A stretch of DNA of 64,000 bases from a virus. Its lineage: Duplodnaviria; Heunggongvirae; Uroviricota; Caudoviricetes. Position 1 is the stretch's first letter. Each line of letters starts with the position of its first letter. The stretch covers positions 167,003 to 231,002 of IMG/VR virus record IMGVR_UViG_3300005512_005684, one strand, 5' to 3'. Position numbers and translations under genes: made by a program. Shown one piece after another: positions 28,462 through 37,909 of the stretch. The notes beneath the pieces were generated by a model. It worked only from the letters and a program-made list of their open reading frames with translations, was not told where the DNA came from and made no database searches.

Positions 28462-29955
28462 ATGAAGTCGTCTCAGATGTTCGATGTTGACAGAGAGGGT
28501 TTGCGGAAGCTCCTGGAGCGTCGTGGCAAGGGAGCAATCGTAGCTGAGTTGATCTCCAACGCGTGGGACGAGCCTGGTGTCACGCGAGTGACGGTCAAGT
28601 TGGCTAAGCTCTCTGGGCGTCCGCTGGCAAAGCTCATAGTCGAGGACGATAGTCCGAACGGTTTCGTAGACCTGAGCCATGCCTGGACGCTTTTCGCTGA
28701 GTCCGTCAAAAAGGGCAACCCGGATCAGCGTGGTCGGTTCAACCTTGGCGAGAAACTCGTACTGGCGTTCTGTCAGGACGCGTCAATTGCGACGACCACG
28801 GGGACGGTCACGTTCAATGGGAATGGGCGTCAACACTTTCCGCGTCGGAAGCGGACGCGTGGGTCTGTCTTTGAGGCTCACATCCGCATGAACCAGGAAG
28901 AGTACTACGAGGTCGAGGACTTCGTGGGGCGTCTCATTGTCCCGGACGAGATCAAGACCATCTTCAACGGCCAGACCTTGGTTCGCAAGATGCTGGTCGA
29001 TACGTTTGATGCCACTCTCCAGACGGAGGTAGCTGACGACGAGGGTGTCCTGCGCCGGACGACGCGTGCGACGACAGTGAGGTTGTTCGTGCCTGGGGAA
29101 AACGAGACACCGCACTTGTACGAACTCGGTGTCCCGGTTGTTGAGTTTGACGGGAAGTACCACGTGGACGTGGGACAGAAAGTACCGTTGAACATGGAAC
29201 GCGATAACGTGACTCCGGCCTACGCTCGGAAGTTGCACACGTACACGTTCAACAGAGTCTTCGACGAACTCGACGGAGAGGACATGAACGAAGCGTGGGT
29301 GGCTGAAGCGACCGCTGACCCGGAAGTCGCTGACGAAGCAATCACGGCCTATGCCGATAAGAGATTCGGAGAGGAACGTGTGAGCTATGATCCGAGTGAT
29401 CCTGAAGCGAATCAGAATGCTTATGCACACGGCTCGACGGTCGTGACTGGTTCGCAGTTGGGAAAGAGTCAGTGGGACAACCTCAAGCGTGCCGGGGGAA
29501 TCGAGTCGGCGGGAACGAAGTTTCCGACTCCCAAGCCGTACTCGGATGACCCGAACGCGAAGCCTGCGAACATACTCACGGAAGCGCAGATGACGGACGG
29601 CATGAAGTTGATCCGTGATTACGCGAAGTGGGTAGCAGAGGAAGCCATTGGAATCGAGGTAGAGGTCGCGTTCGTTAAGACCAAGAACGACTTTGCTGCT
29701 TGTTGCGGTAGAACGTTCGAGGGTTGTGCGTCACTTGACTTCAACGTCCAGCGGCTTGGACAGAAGTGGTTCCAACAGGGGATCACGGCAATAGACGACT
29801 TGCTCATTCACGAGTTGGGTCACTACTTCACGAAGAGTCACCTCGACCCGGCCTACCACAAAGCGCTCACCAGGATCGGTGCAGCGTTGAAGCGGTTGGC
29901 TGTGGACGAGTCGAGGAAGATGCGCCGGTTCATTCAACGAGGGGAGGAACTCTAG
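28462..29955 (+). CDS. GHKL (Hsp90/MORC-like) ATPase with C-terminal HExxH motif
   Basis: ELISNAWDE (N box), VEDDSPNG, GRFNLGEK, GSVF; LLIHELGH. Confidence 0.75.
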   Translation: MKSSQMFDVDREGLRKLLERRGKGAIVAELISNAWDEPGVTRVTVKLAKLSGRPLAKLIVEDDSPNGFVDLSHAWTLFAESVKKGNPDQRGRFNLGEKLVLAFCQDASIATTTGTVTFNGNGRQHFPRRKRTRGSVFEAHIRMNQEEYYEVEDFVGRLIVPDEIKTIFNGQTLVRKMLVDTFDATLQTEVADDEGVLRRTTRATTVRLFVPGENETPHLYELGVPVVEFDGKYHVDVGQKVPLNMERDNVTPAYARKLHTYTFNRVFDELDGEDMNEAWVAEATADPEVADEAITAYADKRFGEERVSYDPSDPEANQNAYAHGSTVVTGSQLGKSQWDNLKRAGGIESAGTKFPTPKPYSDDPNAKPANILTEAQMTDGMKLIRDYAKWVAEEAIGIEVEVAFVKTKNDFAACCGRTFEGCASLDFNVQRLGQKWFQQGITAIDDLLIHELGHYFTKSHLDPAYHKALTRIGAALKRLAVDESRKMRRFIQRGEEL

Positions 29956-30015
29956 GGTGTGGCGGGGAGACGGCTGTCACACCGTCTCCCCTCATATTCT
30001 TTTGAGGACAATGTA

Positions 30016-30171
30016 ATGGCACAACAAAAGAGGCCACCGAAGCAAGAGACGAAGTGGTGCCCTGACTGCAACAAGAAAAGTATGTACCCGGAGCTTGGTA
30101 GCGTCGGTCGTCTGACGACCCAACAGGGCATTGTGTACTTGTGTCGGTTCTGCAATCGTCGAAGTCAATAG
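30016..30171 (+). CDS. small Zn-ribbon protein
   Basis: CPDC..CRFC. Confidence 0.5.
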   Translation: MAQQKRPPKQETKWCPDCNKKSMYPELGSVGRLTTQQGIVYLCRFCNRRSQ

Positions 30172-30182
30172 GAGCAAAGACA

Positions 30183-30401
30183 ATGGTTGACGAAGTTATG
30201 GACGCTCACTTTTTGCTTTTCAATCTTCACGTCAACGACGCGCAGGCGAAGGCCGACGCGGCTTTCATTAAGCGTTTTGGTCAGCAAGCGTACGACGAGT
30301 TGATTGCTCCGCTTCACGAGTCGGGGATCATGGAGATTACGACGGGCCGCTGGAAGACGTGCATCGTCTCTGGTACCTCGAAGCCGTTTGCATCTACGTG
30401 A
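30183..30401 (+). CDS. hypothetical protein
   Basis: AGGAG RBS. Confidence 0.55.
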   Translation: MVDEVMDAHFLLFNLHVNDAQAKADAAFIKRFGQQAYDELIAPLHESGIMEITTGRWKTCIVSGTSKPFAST

Positions 30402-30452
30402 ACGAAGTAGCGGAACTGAGCGAAGAGGAAGGTCGGAGGTTGGACGAATGGT

Positions 30453-30815
30453 ATGAGCGAACTAAGCCGGAACAGGAAGGGGGTAGTGAAGACGATGAAG
30501 AGAAAGACTAGGAAGATTGACACGCTCTCCAATCCCCAGTACCGAAAACTACTCGCGGACGTTCAGCGATATTGCTGGCGTTATCAAAAGCGGTGTGAGG
30601 AACAGGGGAAGGGGACTCAATACCGGACGTTCCGAATGATCGCCAAGCGGTTTGGTCTCCCACACGCGGAGATTGAGTTGTTGGCGGACGATAGCGAGAA
30701 CCTCGATTGTCTCAGTGCGGTTGGTATCTCAGGTGTCGGTTACGCTGACATCGAACAGCGTGGTGACTGGATGATCGAATGTATCAATGAACCTGAACAA
30801 TGGAGCAAGCCGTGA
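30453..30815 (+). CDS. hypothetical protein
   Basis: 120-aa ORF. Confidence 0.55.
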   Translation: MSELSRNRKGVVKTMKRKTRKIDTLSNPQYRKLLADVQRYCWRYQKRCEEQGKGTQYRTFRMIAKRFGLPHAEIELLADDSENLDCLSAVGISGVGYADIEQRGDWMIECINEPEQWSKP

Positions 30816-31003
30816 ACGACGACAAGAAAGACTTCAAAGCCAAGTTGACTCTGGCGTCGATGACAGGTTTGGCTTTTGCTCTGACTCCCTCTACTCCGGT
30901 TCGCCAGGTGGGGGGAGCGACCAAGAAACGAGCGAACAAAGGCAAGCGCAAGGAACGTCGGCGTCAACGACAGGCACGAGCCAGAAACAGGAAGAAAAAA
31001 TGA
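30812..31003 (+). CDS. small basic protein
   Basis: GTGA coupling; K/R-rich tail. Confidence 0.5.
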   Translation: MNDDKKDFKAKLTLASMTGLAFALTPSTPVRQVGGATKKRANKGKRKERRRQRQARARNRKKK

Positions 31004-31401
31004 GATCAAGATCAATGAGAACCAATCGACCTGGAATTGGAAAGCCACCGAAACTGCGATTCCAGGCCGGTTCGTTTGTGAGGAACAAAGCGTCTGGGGA
31101 ATTGTTCTGTGTGCGGATCATTTACCGCGACTCAGGCAATCCAACTGAGTGGCTTTTCGTGTTGGAAGAACGGGAGGGTCTTGAACCATCTGGGAAAACC
31201 AGAGAGTTGGACCGGTTGCTCATTGCTCACGAGGCGGCGAAAGGTGAAGACGTGACGCGTTCGGTGGTGTTGTGGGAGCCGCAGCGTCAAAGCCCGTTCT
31301 TGAACCCGGAGTTAAATCTGCTTATGAACTCGTCTGTAACAGTGTCGAACAAGCAGATGCTCAACGAGTATGAGGTGGTGTCGAGTGGGGAGGTGGAATG
31401 A
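31000..31401 (+). CDS. hypothetical protein
   Basis: ATGA coupling. Confidence 0.6.
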   Translation: MRSRSMRTNRPGIGKPPKLRFQAGSFVRNKASGELFCVRIIYRDSGNPTEWLFVLEEREGLEPSGKTRELDRLLIAHEAAKGEDVTRSVVLWEPQRQSPFLNPELNLLMNSSVTVSNKQMLNEYEVVSSGEVE

Positions 31402-31643
31402 TGACGTTGAACAATTCTCAGAGGAAAGCGTTGGAAACGTTGGAACGTTGCTATTTGTCTGGTACTGATTTCGGATGGGTGTGGCCGTCACGATATTGCC
31501 AGCCGTGGCAATCCTTTAAGGCACTTCACACTCGTGGTCTTGCGGACAAGCGCGTGTGTCTTTACGTTGGCTACTACCACGACGAGTACCGGATCACCGA
31601 GACCGGACGGGAACAACTCCGTTCGGAGGAAGGAGAGAGTTAA
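31398..31643 (+). CDS. hypothetical (possible winged-helix) protein
   Basis: ALHTRGLA..YRITETGREQL. Confidence 0.55.
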   Translation: MMTLNNSQRKALETLERCYLSGTDFGWVWPSRYCQPWQSFKALHTRGLADKRVCLYVGYYHDEYRITETGREQLRSEEGES

Positions 31644-31725
31644 TCGTTTTTAATTTTCGTTTTGTATCACTCCTGCGTATTGCGTGGCTTTGGTTTTGTC
31701 TTTCAATACGCAGGAGTGATACAAA

Positions 31726-32406
31726 ATGGATGAAGCCGAGAAACTCTTGAATTTAATTGTAGGTTTTGGGTGCTTGAATTGTGGTGAGGAACTGAGACGT
31801 GGCCAGCGTAAATTTTGTTCCAGACGTTGCCGAGATAAACATTGGGTTAGAGAGAACAGAAAGAGGTTCAAGTTTACATGCGAGAGGTGTAGAAAGAACT
31901 TCTACAGGAACAGGAGAACGGATGGTCGTTCGACGTTTAAGTATTGCTCGCGCAAATGCGCCAATGTTCGCAATGGAGAGCGGGTTAGGTCAGAACGGAT
32001 ATTCAATACAGGTGGGTATGTCAGAGTGTGGAATCCAGAACATCCGAAAGCGTATGGCGGAAGGGTTAGCGAACATGTGCTTGTTGTTGAGAGTGTGCTT
32101 GGGCGTTTGTTAAATGATGGTGAAGTTGTTCACCACAAGAATTTCATACGTGATGACAACAAGGCAGAAAACTTGTTTCTCTGTAATGGGAACTTGGAGC
32201 ATAAGTTTATAGAAAGGATGACGCGGTGGCTTGTTTTTGAGTTTATTTGTGAAAGAGGGTTACAAGATGATTTTGAGAGCTATGTGTCTAATAAGTTTTT
32301 CAGCCGTTATTCGCCAGGAGATTATGATCGGTATGATGGTCTTAGTAACACTCGACTGTTCCGTAAGTTTTTCGGAAGAAGAAATCGTTCGAGTCAAGGT
32401 TGTTAA
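31726..32406 (+). mobile_element. free-standing HNH homing endonuclease
   Basis: GYVRVW..EHVLVVESVLGRLL..EVVHHKNFIRDDNKAENL; N-terminal C..C/CSRRC fingers; locally AT-rich. Confidence 0.85.
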
Positions 32407-32728
32407 GACGGTTAAGGCAATCGTGACAGCTTATTGTCCTAGAAAATGTTGTTGCGGAAAACATGCGGATGGACAAACGGCTCTTGGGCGTGACGCAAGG
32501 AAGCGTGGGGCGGCGGTCGATCCAAAAGCGATTCCGTACCGGAGCTACCTGAAGATCGAAGGTGCTTCGGGCTACGTGTACGTCGATGATACTGGCGGGG
32601 CCATGCGACAGTCGTGGAAGCGAGGGCGGTATCACGTTGACCTCCGCTTTCGCGATCACAAGTCGGCGCTTGAGTGGGGACGACGGGAGAATGTTCAAGT
32701 CACCATCTACAGGAGAGTGCGACCATGA
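32324..32728 (+). CDS. 3D-domain (MltA-like) cell-wall protein
   Basis: TAYCP..TALG..AAVDPKAIP..VDDTGGA..VDL; AGGAG RBS lies inside the HNH 3' end; hydrophobic N-terminus. Confidence 0.8.
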   Translation: MIGMMVLVTLDCSVSFSEEEIVRVKVVKTVKAIVTAYCPRKCCCGKHADGQTALGRDARKRGAAVDPKAIPYRSYLKIEGASGYVYVDDTGGAMRQSWKRGRYHVDLRFRDHKSALEWGRRENVQVTIYRRVRP

Positions 32729-32949
32729 GCGGAGGGAGTGTGACCGAACAACATGGGTTGGATTTTGGAGCAAGGTGTAAGGAAGTCATGGAAAGCAATC
32801 CGGTGCGAGATTTTGCGAGACAACTGGTTGAAGCGGGATTTGACGAAGCCCGTCTTGTCAGTGAGTTCAGCAATCGTCCTGAGTTGCCGAGTGACTTTAC
32901 CACCCGGCTTCATAATGAGTTTCGCAGTTTGAAGTTGGGGCTTTTGTAA
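32725..32949 (+). CDS. hypothetical protein
   Basis: ATGA coupling. Confidence 0.5.
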   Translation: MSGGSVTEQHGLDFGARCKEVMESNPVRDFARQLVEAGFDEARLVSEFSNRPELPSDFTTRLHNEFRSLKLGLL

Positions 32950-32961
32950 ACGGAGGAAGCT

Positions 32962-33642
32962 ATGTACGGAGCAATGATTCTCAGAGCAGGAAGAACTCAG
33001 TTGCTCGTGAAGGTGGAGCGGAACGTCAAGAACCCTTTGGAAGCACTTCGACAGTGCATCTGTGATTATCTGGCTAGTCGTCCGGGTAAGCTCCACATGG
33101 CGGGTAAGGACACACCTGATTTCAACTGGGAGGACGCGTACGGGATACCGGCTGAGTACCGTGACCCACATGGGATCGTCAGTATCGAGCCGGTTGATCC
33201 GACGTTCACCTACTGTGTGGAGCCGGAGAATCATTTCACCGGCAACGTGAACGATGTCCGGGAGGAACTCGGTTATGGTCGGCAACAGATCAGCATTGAG
33301 CCGTTGATCGAGCGTCCACGTCACCAGTGTGGTGTCGAGTACGGGTGCGACAGGTTCGTGCTCGTGCGGAAGGGAAAGCGGGAGTTGATCTGGTGTGGTC
33401 CGGGCACACACTGGCAAGACCGGATGTCGGGTCATGTTTACGATCCCACGGAGTTGAATCTCGTGGACTGGACTGATAGTCCCGGAATAGGAAGAGAGAC
33501 TAGACTCCAGACCGGAGGGCGTTTCAGTCGAAAGTCAATCCAGGAGAACGCCGAAGCCATCATGGAGTTCTTCGGAATGGACGAAGGGTGGCTTGGGAAG
33601 ATCAGTCGTTCGCACACCATCGTTATGGAGGAAGAGTCGTGA
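32962..33642 (+). CDS. hypothetical protein (C-terminal half paralogous to 12126..12491)
   Basis: GGAGG RBS; shared motifs with 12126..12491. Confidence 0.7.
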   Translation: MYGAMILRAGRTQLLVKVERNVKNPLEALRQCICDYLASRPGKLHMAGKDTPDFNWEDAYGIPAEYRDPHGIVSIEPVDPTFTYCVEPENHFTGNVNDVREELGYGRQQISIEPLIERPRHQCGVEYGCDRFVLVRKGKRELIWCGPGTHWQDRMSGHVYDPTELNLVDWTDSPGIGRETRLQTGGRFSRKSIQENAEAIMEFFGMDEGWLGKISRSHTIVMEEES

Positions 33643-33839
33643 AACAGAAAGTGATTGCCGCGGATTCTCTCACCGCGCTCAATGAGCAGATCGCACACGA
33701 GAACGAGGTCGGGTGGAAACTCGTACCGGATTCCGTGCGATATTTCTGCGGAAGCTATCAGATGTCGAACGTTGGAGAACAGCCGGACTACTGGATGCGG
33801 TACTCCAAGTACATCGCCGTCATGGAGATGTCGGTATGA
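33639..33839 (+). CDS. small hypothetical protein
   Basis: GTGA coupling. Confidence 0.5.
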   Translation: MKQKVIAADSLTALNEQIAHENEVGWKLVPDSVRYFCGSYQMSNVGEQPDYWMRYSKYIAVMEMSV

Positions 33840-33961
33840 TACCTTTCGAGGTGATAGCCTGGGGCATACAGGGTTGCTTGTTGACTCTGAAGTTGACGGC
33901 GATCCTGTACCCCTTTTGGCTACCTCCGCTGATTGTCTTTGTGGTTTGGAAAAGATCGTGA
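33836..33961 (+). CDS. small hydrophobic peptide
   Basis: ATGA coupling; single TM. Confidence 0.45.
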   Translation: MIPFEVIAWGIQGCLLTLKLTAILYPFWLPPLIVFVVWKRS

Positions 33962-33973
33962 AGATTTTCTGAG

Positions 33974-34016
33974 ATTTTTTGATAAGCGGAGTGGTATCGA
34001 GTTGAGTCTACAGGTG
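33974..34016 (+). promoter_or_regulatory. conserved phage promoter-like motif, copy 4
   Basis: ATTTTTTGATAAGCGGAGTGGTATCGAGTTGAGTCTACAGGTG. Confidence 0.7.
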
Positions 34017-34080
34017 AGGGAAAGTCGTGTTGGTTTCTTTGGTATGGATTTGGTACTTTTATTACACGGAGGACAGGAAT

Positions 34081-34821
34081 ATGAGCGGTAGCTCACTCAT
34101 TCTTCATTGCGGTGGGGAGCCGGTTACGCGGGACGACCTGAGCACCATCGTTGCGCCGGAGCCCACGAGGACCTGGCACCCGGTGCCTCACTCGCTCTTG
34201 CTCGAAACCGTCGAACAGTCGTTCGGTCGCGCCGGTTTCGAGATCGCCAAGCAGCAGTACGGTGTCTCACACGAGGGCAACAGGTTCTTCGGTGTCATGG
34301 ACCTCGTGTCGGAGATCACCGAGGGTGTCAACGTCGCGGTCGGACTCCGTAACTCGACGGACAAGTCCATGCCCGCCGCCGCATGTTTGGGCGAGCACGT
34401 GTTTGTGTGTGACAACCTGGCGTTCTCCGCCGAGGTTTCGTTCACGCGTCGGCACACGGCTCGAATCCTCGCCGACCTTCCGGGTCTCGTGGACGGGGCG
34501 GTGGCGCAAGTGGGCGCATACCGGGACACCGCAGTTCAGCGTGTCGAGGGTATGCAGCAGCGTCGAATTACTGACCAGCGTGCACATGACCTGGTGGTGC
34601 GTGCGGCGGACGCACGGGCAGTCAGTTGGCAAGACGTTCCGAAGGTCTTGCAGGAGTGGCGTGAGCCGCAGCATGACGAGTTCAAGCCGCGGAACGCGTG
34701 GAGTCTGTACAACGCCTTTACGGAGGTGTACAAGTCTCGTTTCGGTCGCAACCCGGCAGACACCGCGTCACGGACGGTGCGGTTGAACGCGTTGCTCACG
34801 GAGACCGTCCTGGGCAACTAA
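34081..34821 (+). CDS. DUF932-family protein
   Basis: LILHCGG..TWHPVPH..RFFG..GLRNSTDKS..VFVCDNLAF. Confidence 0.85.
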   Translation: MSGSSLILHCGGEPVTRDDLSTIVAPEPTRTWHPVPHSLLLETVEQSFGRAGFEIAKQQYGVSHEGNRFFGVMDLVSEITEGVNVAVGLRNSTDKSMPAAACLGEHVFVCDNLAFSAEVSFTRRHTARILADLPGLVDGAVAQVGAYRDTAVQRVEGMQQRRITDQRAHDLVVRAADARAVSWQDVPKVLQEWREPQHDEFKPRNAWSLYNAFTEVYKSRFGRNPADTASRTVRLNALLTETVLGN

Positions 34822-34921
34822 AGTTTCTCTCGCTCGTCTCCTTCGCCTGCGGAGCGGGGTACATGATGTACTCCGCTCCGCGCGGACGAGGTTCAATCTT
34901 CGTGTTACAGGAGCAAACACA

Positions 34922-35248
34922 ATGACGCTTGAAGAACGACGTGCCAGTTGGGAATACGGCCTGAAGCCGCTCAGCGTGATCGAGAGGGGCCGTCAGGCTC
35001 TCGTGATCCTGGAGCGTCGCGGTACTACGGACGATCCAGATACGTGCCATGACGTGTACCACTGCCATCGGTACTTCGAGGCCGGCCCGGATAACTACGA
35101 GGTGAGCGTGGATGGACAGGACGTTCCGCTCGCCGCCGTGTTCAGTTGGCTGAATGATCCGTCAGCTATGACGACCCAGGAACCGTACGTCGAGCCGGAG
35201 CCGGTGGAAGTGTCGGAAGATGAACTGGAGCCTGAGTCGGTCAGGTAA
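34922..35248 (+). CDS. hypothetical protein
   Basis: CAGGAG RBS. Confidence 0.6.
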   Translation: MTLEERRASWEYGLKPLSVIERGRQALVILERRGTTDDPDTCHDVYHCHRYFEAGPDNYEVSVDGQDVPLAAVFSWLNDPSAMTTQEPYVEPEPVEVSEDELEPESVR

Positions 35249-35318
35249 GAACTTTTCGTCTTGTCTCGTTTCTTGTCTCGCGAAGATGTAAACTTAGATA
35301 CAACAGGAGTCAGTGAGA

Positions 35319-36203
35319 ATGAATGAGAAGTCGCAGACCGCAGCAATGATCGAAACGTACATGCAGTCGCGGCTGGAAGGCGGCGATCCGGTGATTGCGA
35401 ACTACATGTTGGAGAGTGACGGTCGTCGTCTTCGTCGCGTGTTGCGTGAACTCCGGGAAGCCGGGTACATTACGGAGGCACCGGACAACAATCAGTCACT
35501 CGTCACGAGCAAAGCGTACGACGAACTGGAGGCAGAGCCGTGCGACCTTTGTGTCGCGTGGAACGAGTCTACGGAGCGAAAGGACAGTGGCGCACTCGGG
35601 AAGTTCGACGCGGTGCGCTTCGACTCACTTCCCATCGGGCAGAGGAAGTGCCTCACGGAACTGGCTCTGAACCAGGGAGACGTAGAGGTGCGGATGGTGT
35701 GTGTTCGGTGTTTCGGTGCCACGTCTCCGAGTTATGAGGTGGTGGTACCAGGGGTGAGAGACAGTTTTGTTGCCGCGTGGAACTCGGTGGGCTTCAACTC
35801 GGTTTTCGTGTACTTCACGAACGGAGAACTGAAGGCTCACGCTACCGATTCGCTGAGAGGTAGTCGGGTCAACACACTTGTCGCCAACAATCTTTCTTGG
35901 GGTGTCCAAGAAATCGTTGGCGTCTCCAAGGAAGATGCCAAGCTCGTCGAAGGGCGCGACGGAATGCAACTCGTTGGTGGTCCTCGCTTCAGCAAAGACC
36001 CAGAAAAATGGGAGGAAGAGTTGGCGACGGCGAAGCGCAGTGTTGCCGAGCGTATCAAGAGTCTCCAGGAAGATGCCGAGGCTCTGGAGAGGATCGATCA
36101 GGCGTTTAAGCAGTACGGTGGCTGGACGAAGTTCCATTCCGAGTACCGCGAGCGTTTGGTCGAGTGGTCGGACGAAAACCCGGACGAAAACTCGGAAGAC
36201 TAA
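35319..36203 (+). CDS. hypothetical protein (Zn-binding motifs, coiled-coil C-terminus)
   Basis: CDLC, CVRC. Confidence 0.7.
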   Translation: MNEKSQTAAMIETYMQSRLEGGDPVIANYMLESDGRRLRRVLRELREAGYITEAPDNNQSLVTSKAYDELEAEPCDLCVAWNESTERKDSGALGKFDAVRFDSLPIGQRKCLTELALNQGDVEVRMVCVRCFGATSPSYEVVVPGVRDSFVAAWNSVGFNSVFVYFTNGELKAHATDSLRGSRVNTLVANNLSWGVQEIVGVSKEDAKLVEGRDGMQLVGGPRFSKDPEKWEEELATAKRSVAERIKSLQEDAEALERIDQAFKQYGGWTKFHSEYRERLVEWSDENPDENSED

Positions 36204-36220
36204 CAGGGAGGAACAATTCA

Positions 36221-36757
36221 ATGGCGTTGGAAGTTTGTGCTTATCGCTACGGCTTCATTGCCGAAGGCTCGGTTGGTGAGAACGAGTGTGTGATTCGTGT
36301 CCAACGTACTCACGGTGAGTTTGAAGACGAAACCTCTCCGCAGTTTTGGATACACACCGAGGCTATGGACGAGATTTCTCTCGAAACCGCACGAGTGTTC
36401 GGCGAGCTACTCGCGGAAGCGTGTCAGTTTGTGTCCGTCGAGACCAAACTGTACGAAAGTCTCGTGCGTGTCTGGGAGGAGCGTGGCGAGCACGAGCGCT
36501 TCAAGGTCGGTTGTCGGTTGTACGACCAAGGTTACATGATCTTCCACCTCATGGAAGGTTCGACGGCGGTTGCTGTTGACAGTGATCAACTCGTGTGTGA
36601 TCTCTTGGGGTTACTCTCCGTCCGTGAGCGTGACACGGATGACGAGTACTTCAGTGATTACTCTGCGGAGCAACTGACGTGGCGTGACGAGCGTGCCGAA
36701 GAGTTGCAGTTGTGTATGGTAGCTCTCGAAGACCAACTGAGTGGGAGGGAAGGATGA
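36221..36757 (+). CDS. hypothetical protein
   Basis: GGAGG RBS. Confidence 0.65.
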   Translation: MALEVCAYRYGFIAEGSVGENECVIRVQRTHGEFEDETSPQFWIHTEAMDEISLETARVFGELLAEACQFVSVETKLYESLVRVWEERGEHERFKVGCRLYDQGYMIFHLMEGSTAVAVDSDQLVCDLLGLLSVRERDTDDEYFSDYSAEQLTWRDERAEELQLCMVALEDQLSGREG

Positions 36758-37170
36758 TTATCCGACTCGATAACGGATGGACGATGGTCGTGGAGGTACC
36801 GACGGTTCTACAGGTGCGCTCCCCCGGTGTCTCCGGGGAAGTGTTCACCTGCAAGTCGGTGGAATCGATCACGTGCGGCGCGAGAGACGGCGTGGTGAAG
36901 GCCACAAGCCTGGATGGTGAGGAAGTCACTATCGACCTGGAGTGTTGCCATGTCGAGTGTGAGGAAGCCAACGGACTCGTTGTGTGCGCTCAGTGCAACT
37001 TCGTGTTCGGTCCGGTGTGTGACAAGTCGCCGGATCGTATGTGTCACTATTCCCACGAGCTTCGTGGCTCTCAGGTTCTCTTGGCAACAGGGAACATGGC
37101 TGCGGTTAAGATCGTCGGGGAGGGTGACGAGTGTTTGTTCTGCGGAAAACAACCGGAGGAAGTGATCTAA
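36754..37170 (+). CDS. Cys-rich hypothetical protein
   Basis: ATGA coupling. Confidence 0.6.
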   Translation: MIIRLDNGWTMVVEVPTVLQVRSPGVSGEVFTCKSVESITCGARDGVVKATSLDGEEVTIDLECCHVECEEANGLVVCAQCNFVFGPVCDKSPDRMCHYSHELRGSQVLLATGNMAAVKIVGEGDECLFCGKQPEEVI

Positions 37171-37472
37171 TGTCTGGAACGAACATTAACATGCCGTTCT
37201 GCGGCACTGTCAATGGGTGGGTGTCGCTTGACCGCCTGGCTCGTGATCAGGAAGCTGAAGATTCAAATGTTCAACGATTACAAGAGCAGTTCGCCAAGGA
37301 TGTCGAAGCCATGCTTTGCGACTTCGGTGTGTCTACCGTCGTGGCAATTGTGAGCGACCAGATCAAGGAAGCCGGTAAAGCGCTCAAGGGAGCTAACGAA
37401 CATCGACGGGGCGACGAGCACCTGCGGATCGCAGAGCGTGTGAGACGGTCAATGCAGGAAGGGGGTTTCTAA
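37170..37472 (+). CDS. hypothetical protein
   Basis: TAATG coupling. Confidence 0.55.
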   Translation: MSGTNINMPFCGTVNGWVSLDRLARDQEAEDSNVQRLQEQFAKDVEAMLCDFGVSTVVAIVSDQIKEAGKALKGANEHRRGDEHLRIAERVRRSMQEGGF

Positions 37473-37909
37473 TGGGTTGGCAGATCATTCAGCAACCGAA
37501 TGGGAAGTTCTGTGTTCACTCGACCGTTGTCGATAACTTCATGATCCTTAATCTCGGCAAGCGCGCGATGATCGGTTGGTACGGTCGAAACGCTGATAGT
37601 CGTTTGGACCAAGCGCGAAAGGAAGCTGCGGAGACCATCGAACAACTGGAGAAAGGTGGGAAGCCGTACTACCAATTCACCATGAGCTTCGAGGAGGCTC
37701 TCGTGCGCTTGTTCGTGGTACATGGCTATCGTTCCCGTTTCAAGATGTTCGACCGCCTAGAGAATCTGGGTATCATGCGTAAGATGTCACGGGAGACGAC
37801 CAAGGCTCTTTATCGAGAGTGTTGGGAAGCTCAGGAGGATGACGTTGATGATAGCCGGATTCGTCAGTACGTTCGTCGTATGCTGATCAAACCAAAGAGG
37901 GTCAAATGA
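37472..37909 (+). CDS. hypothetical protein
   Basis: TAATG coupling. Confidence 0.65.
   Translation: MGWQIIQQPNGKFCVHSTVVDNFMILNLGKRAMIGWYGRNADSRLDQARKEAAETIEQLEKGGKPYYQFTMSFEEALVRLFVVHGYRSRFKMFDRLENLGIMRKMSRETTKALYRECWEAQEDDVDDSRIRQYVRRMLIKPKRVK

Noticed and set aside
18955-34016. Reading the repeated motif as a sigma70 promoter (ATGATA/TTGATA as -35)
   Set aside because: The hexamer 17 nt downstream is (T/C)TGAGT, not TATAAT-like
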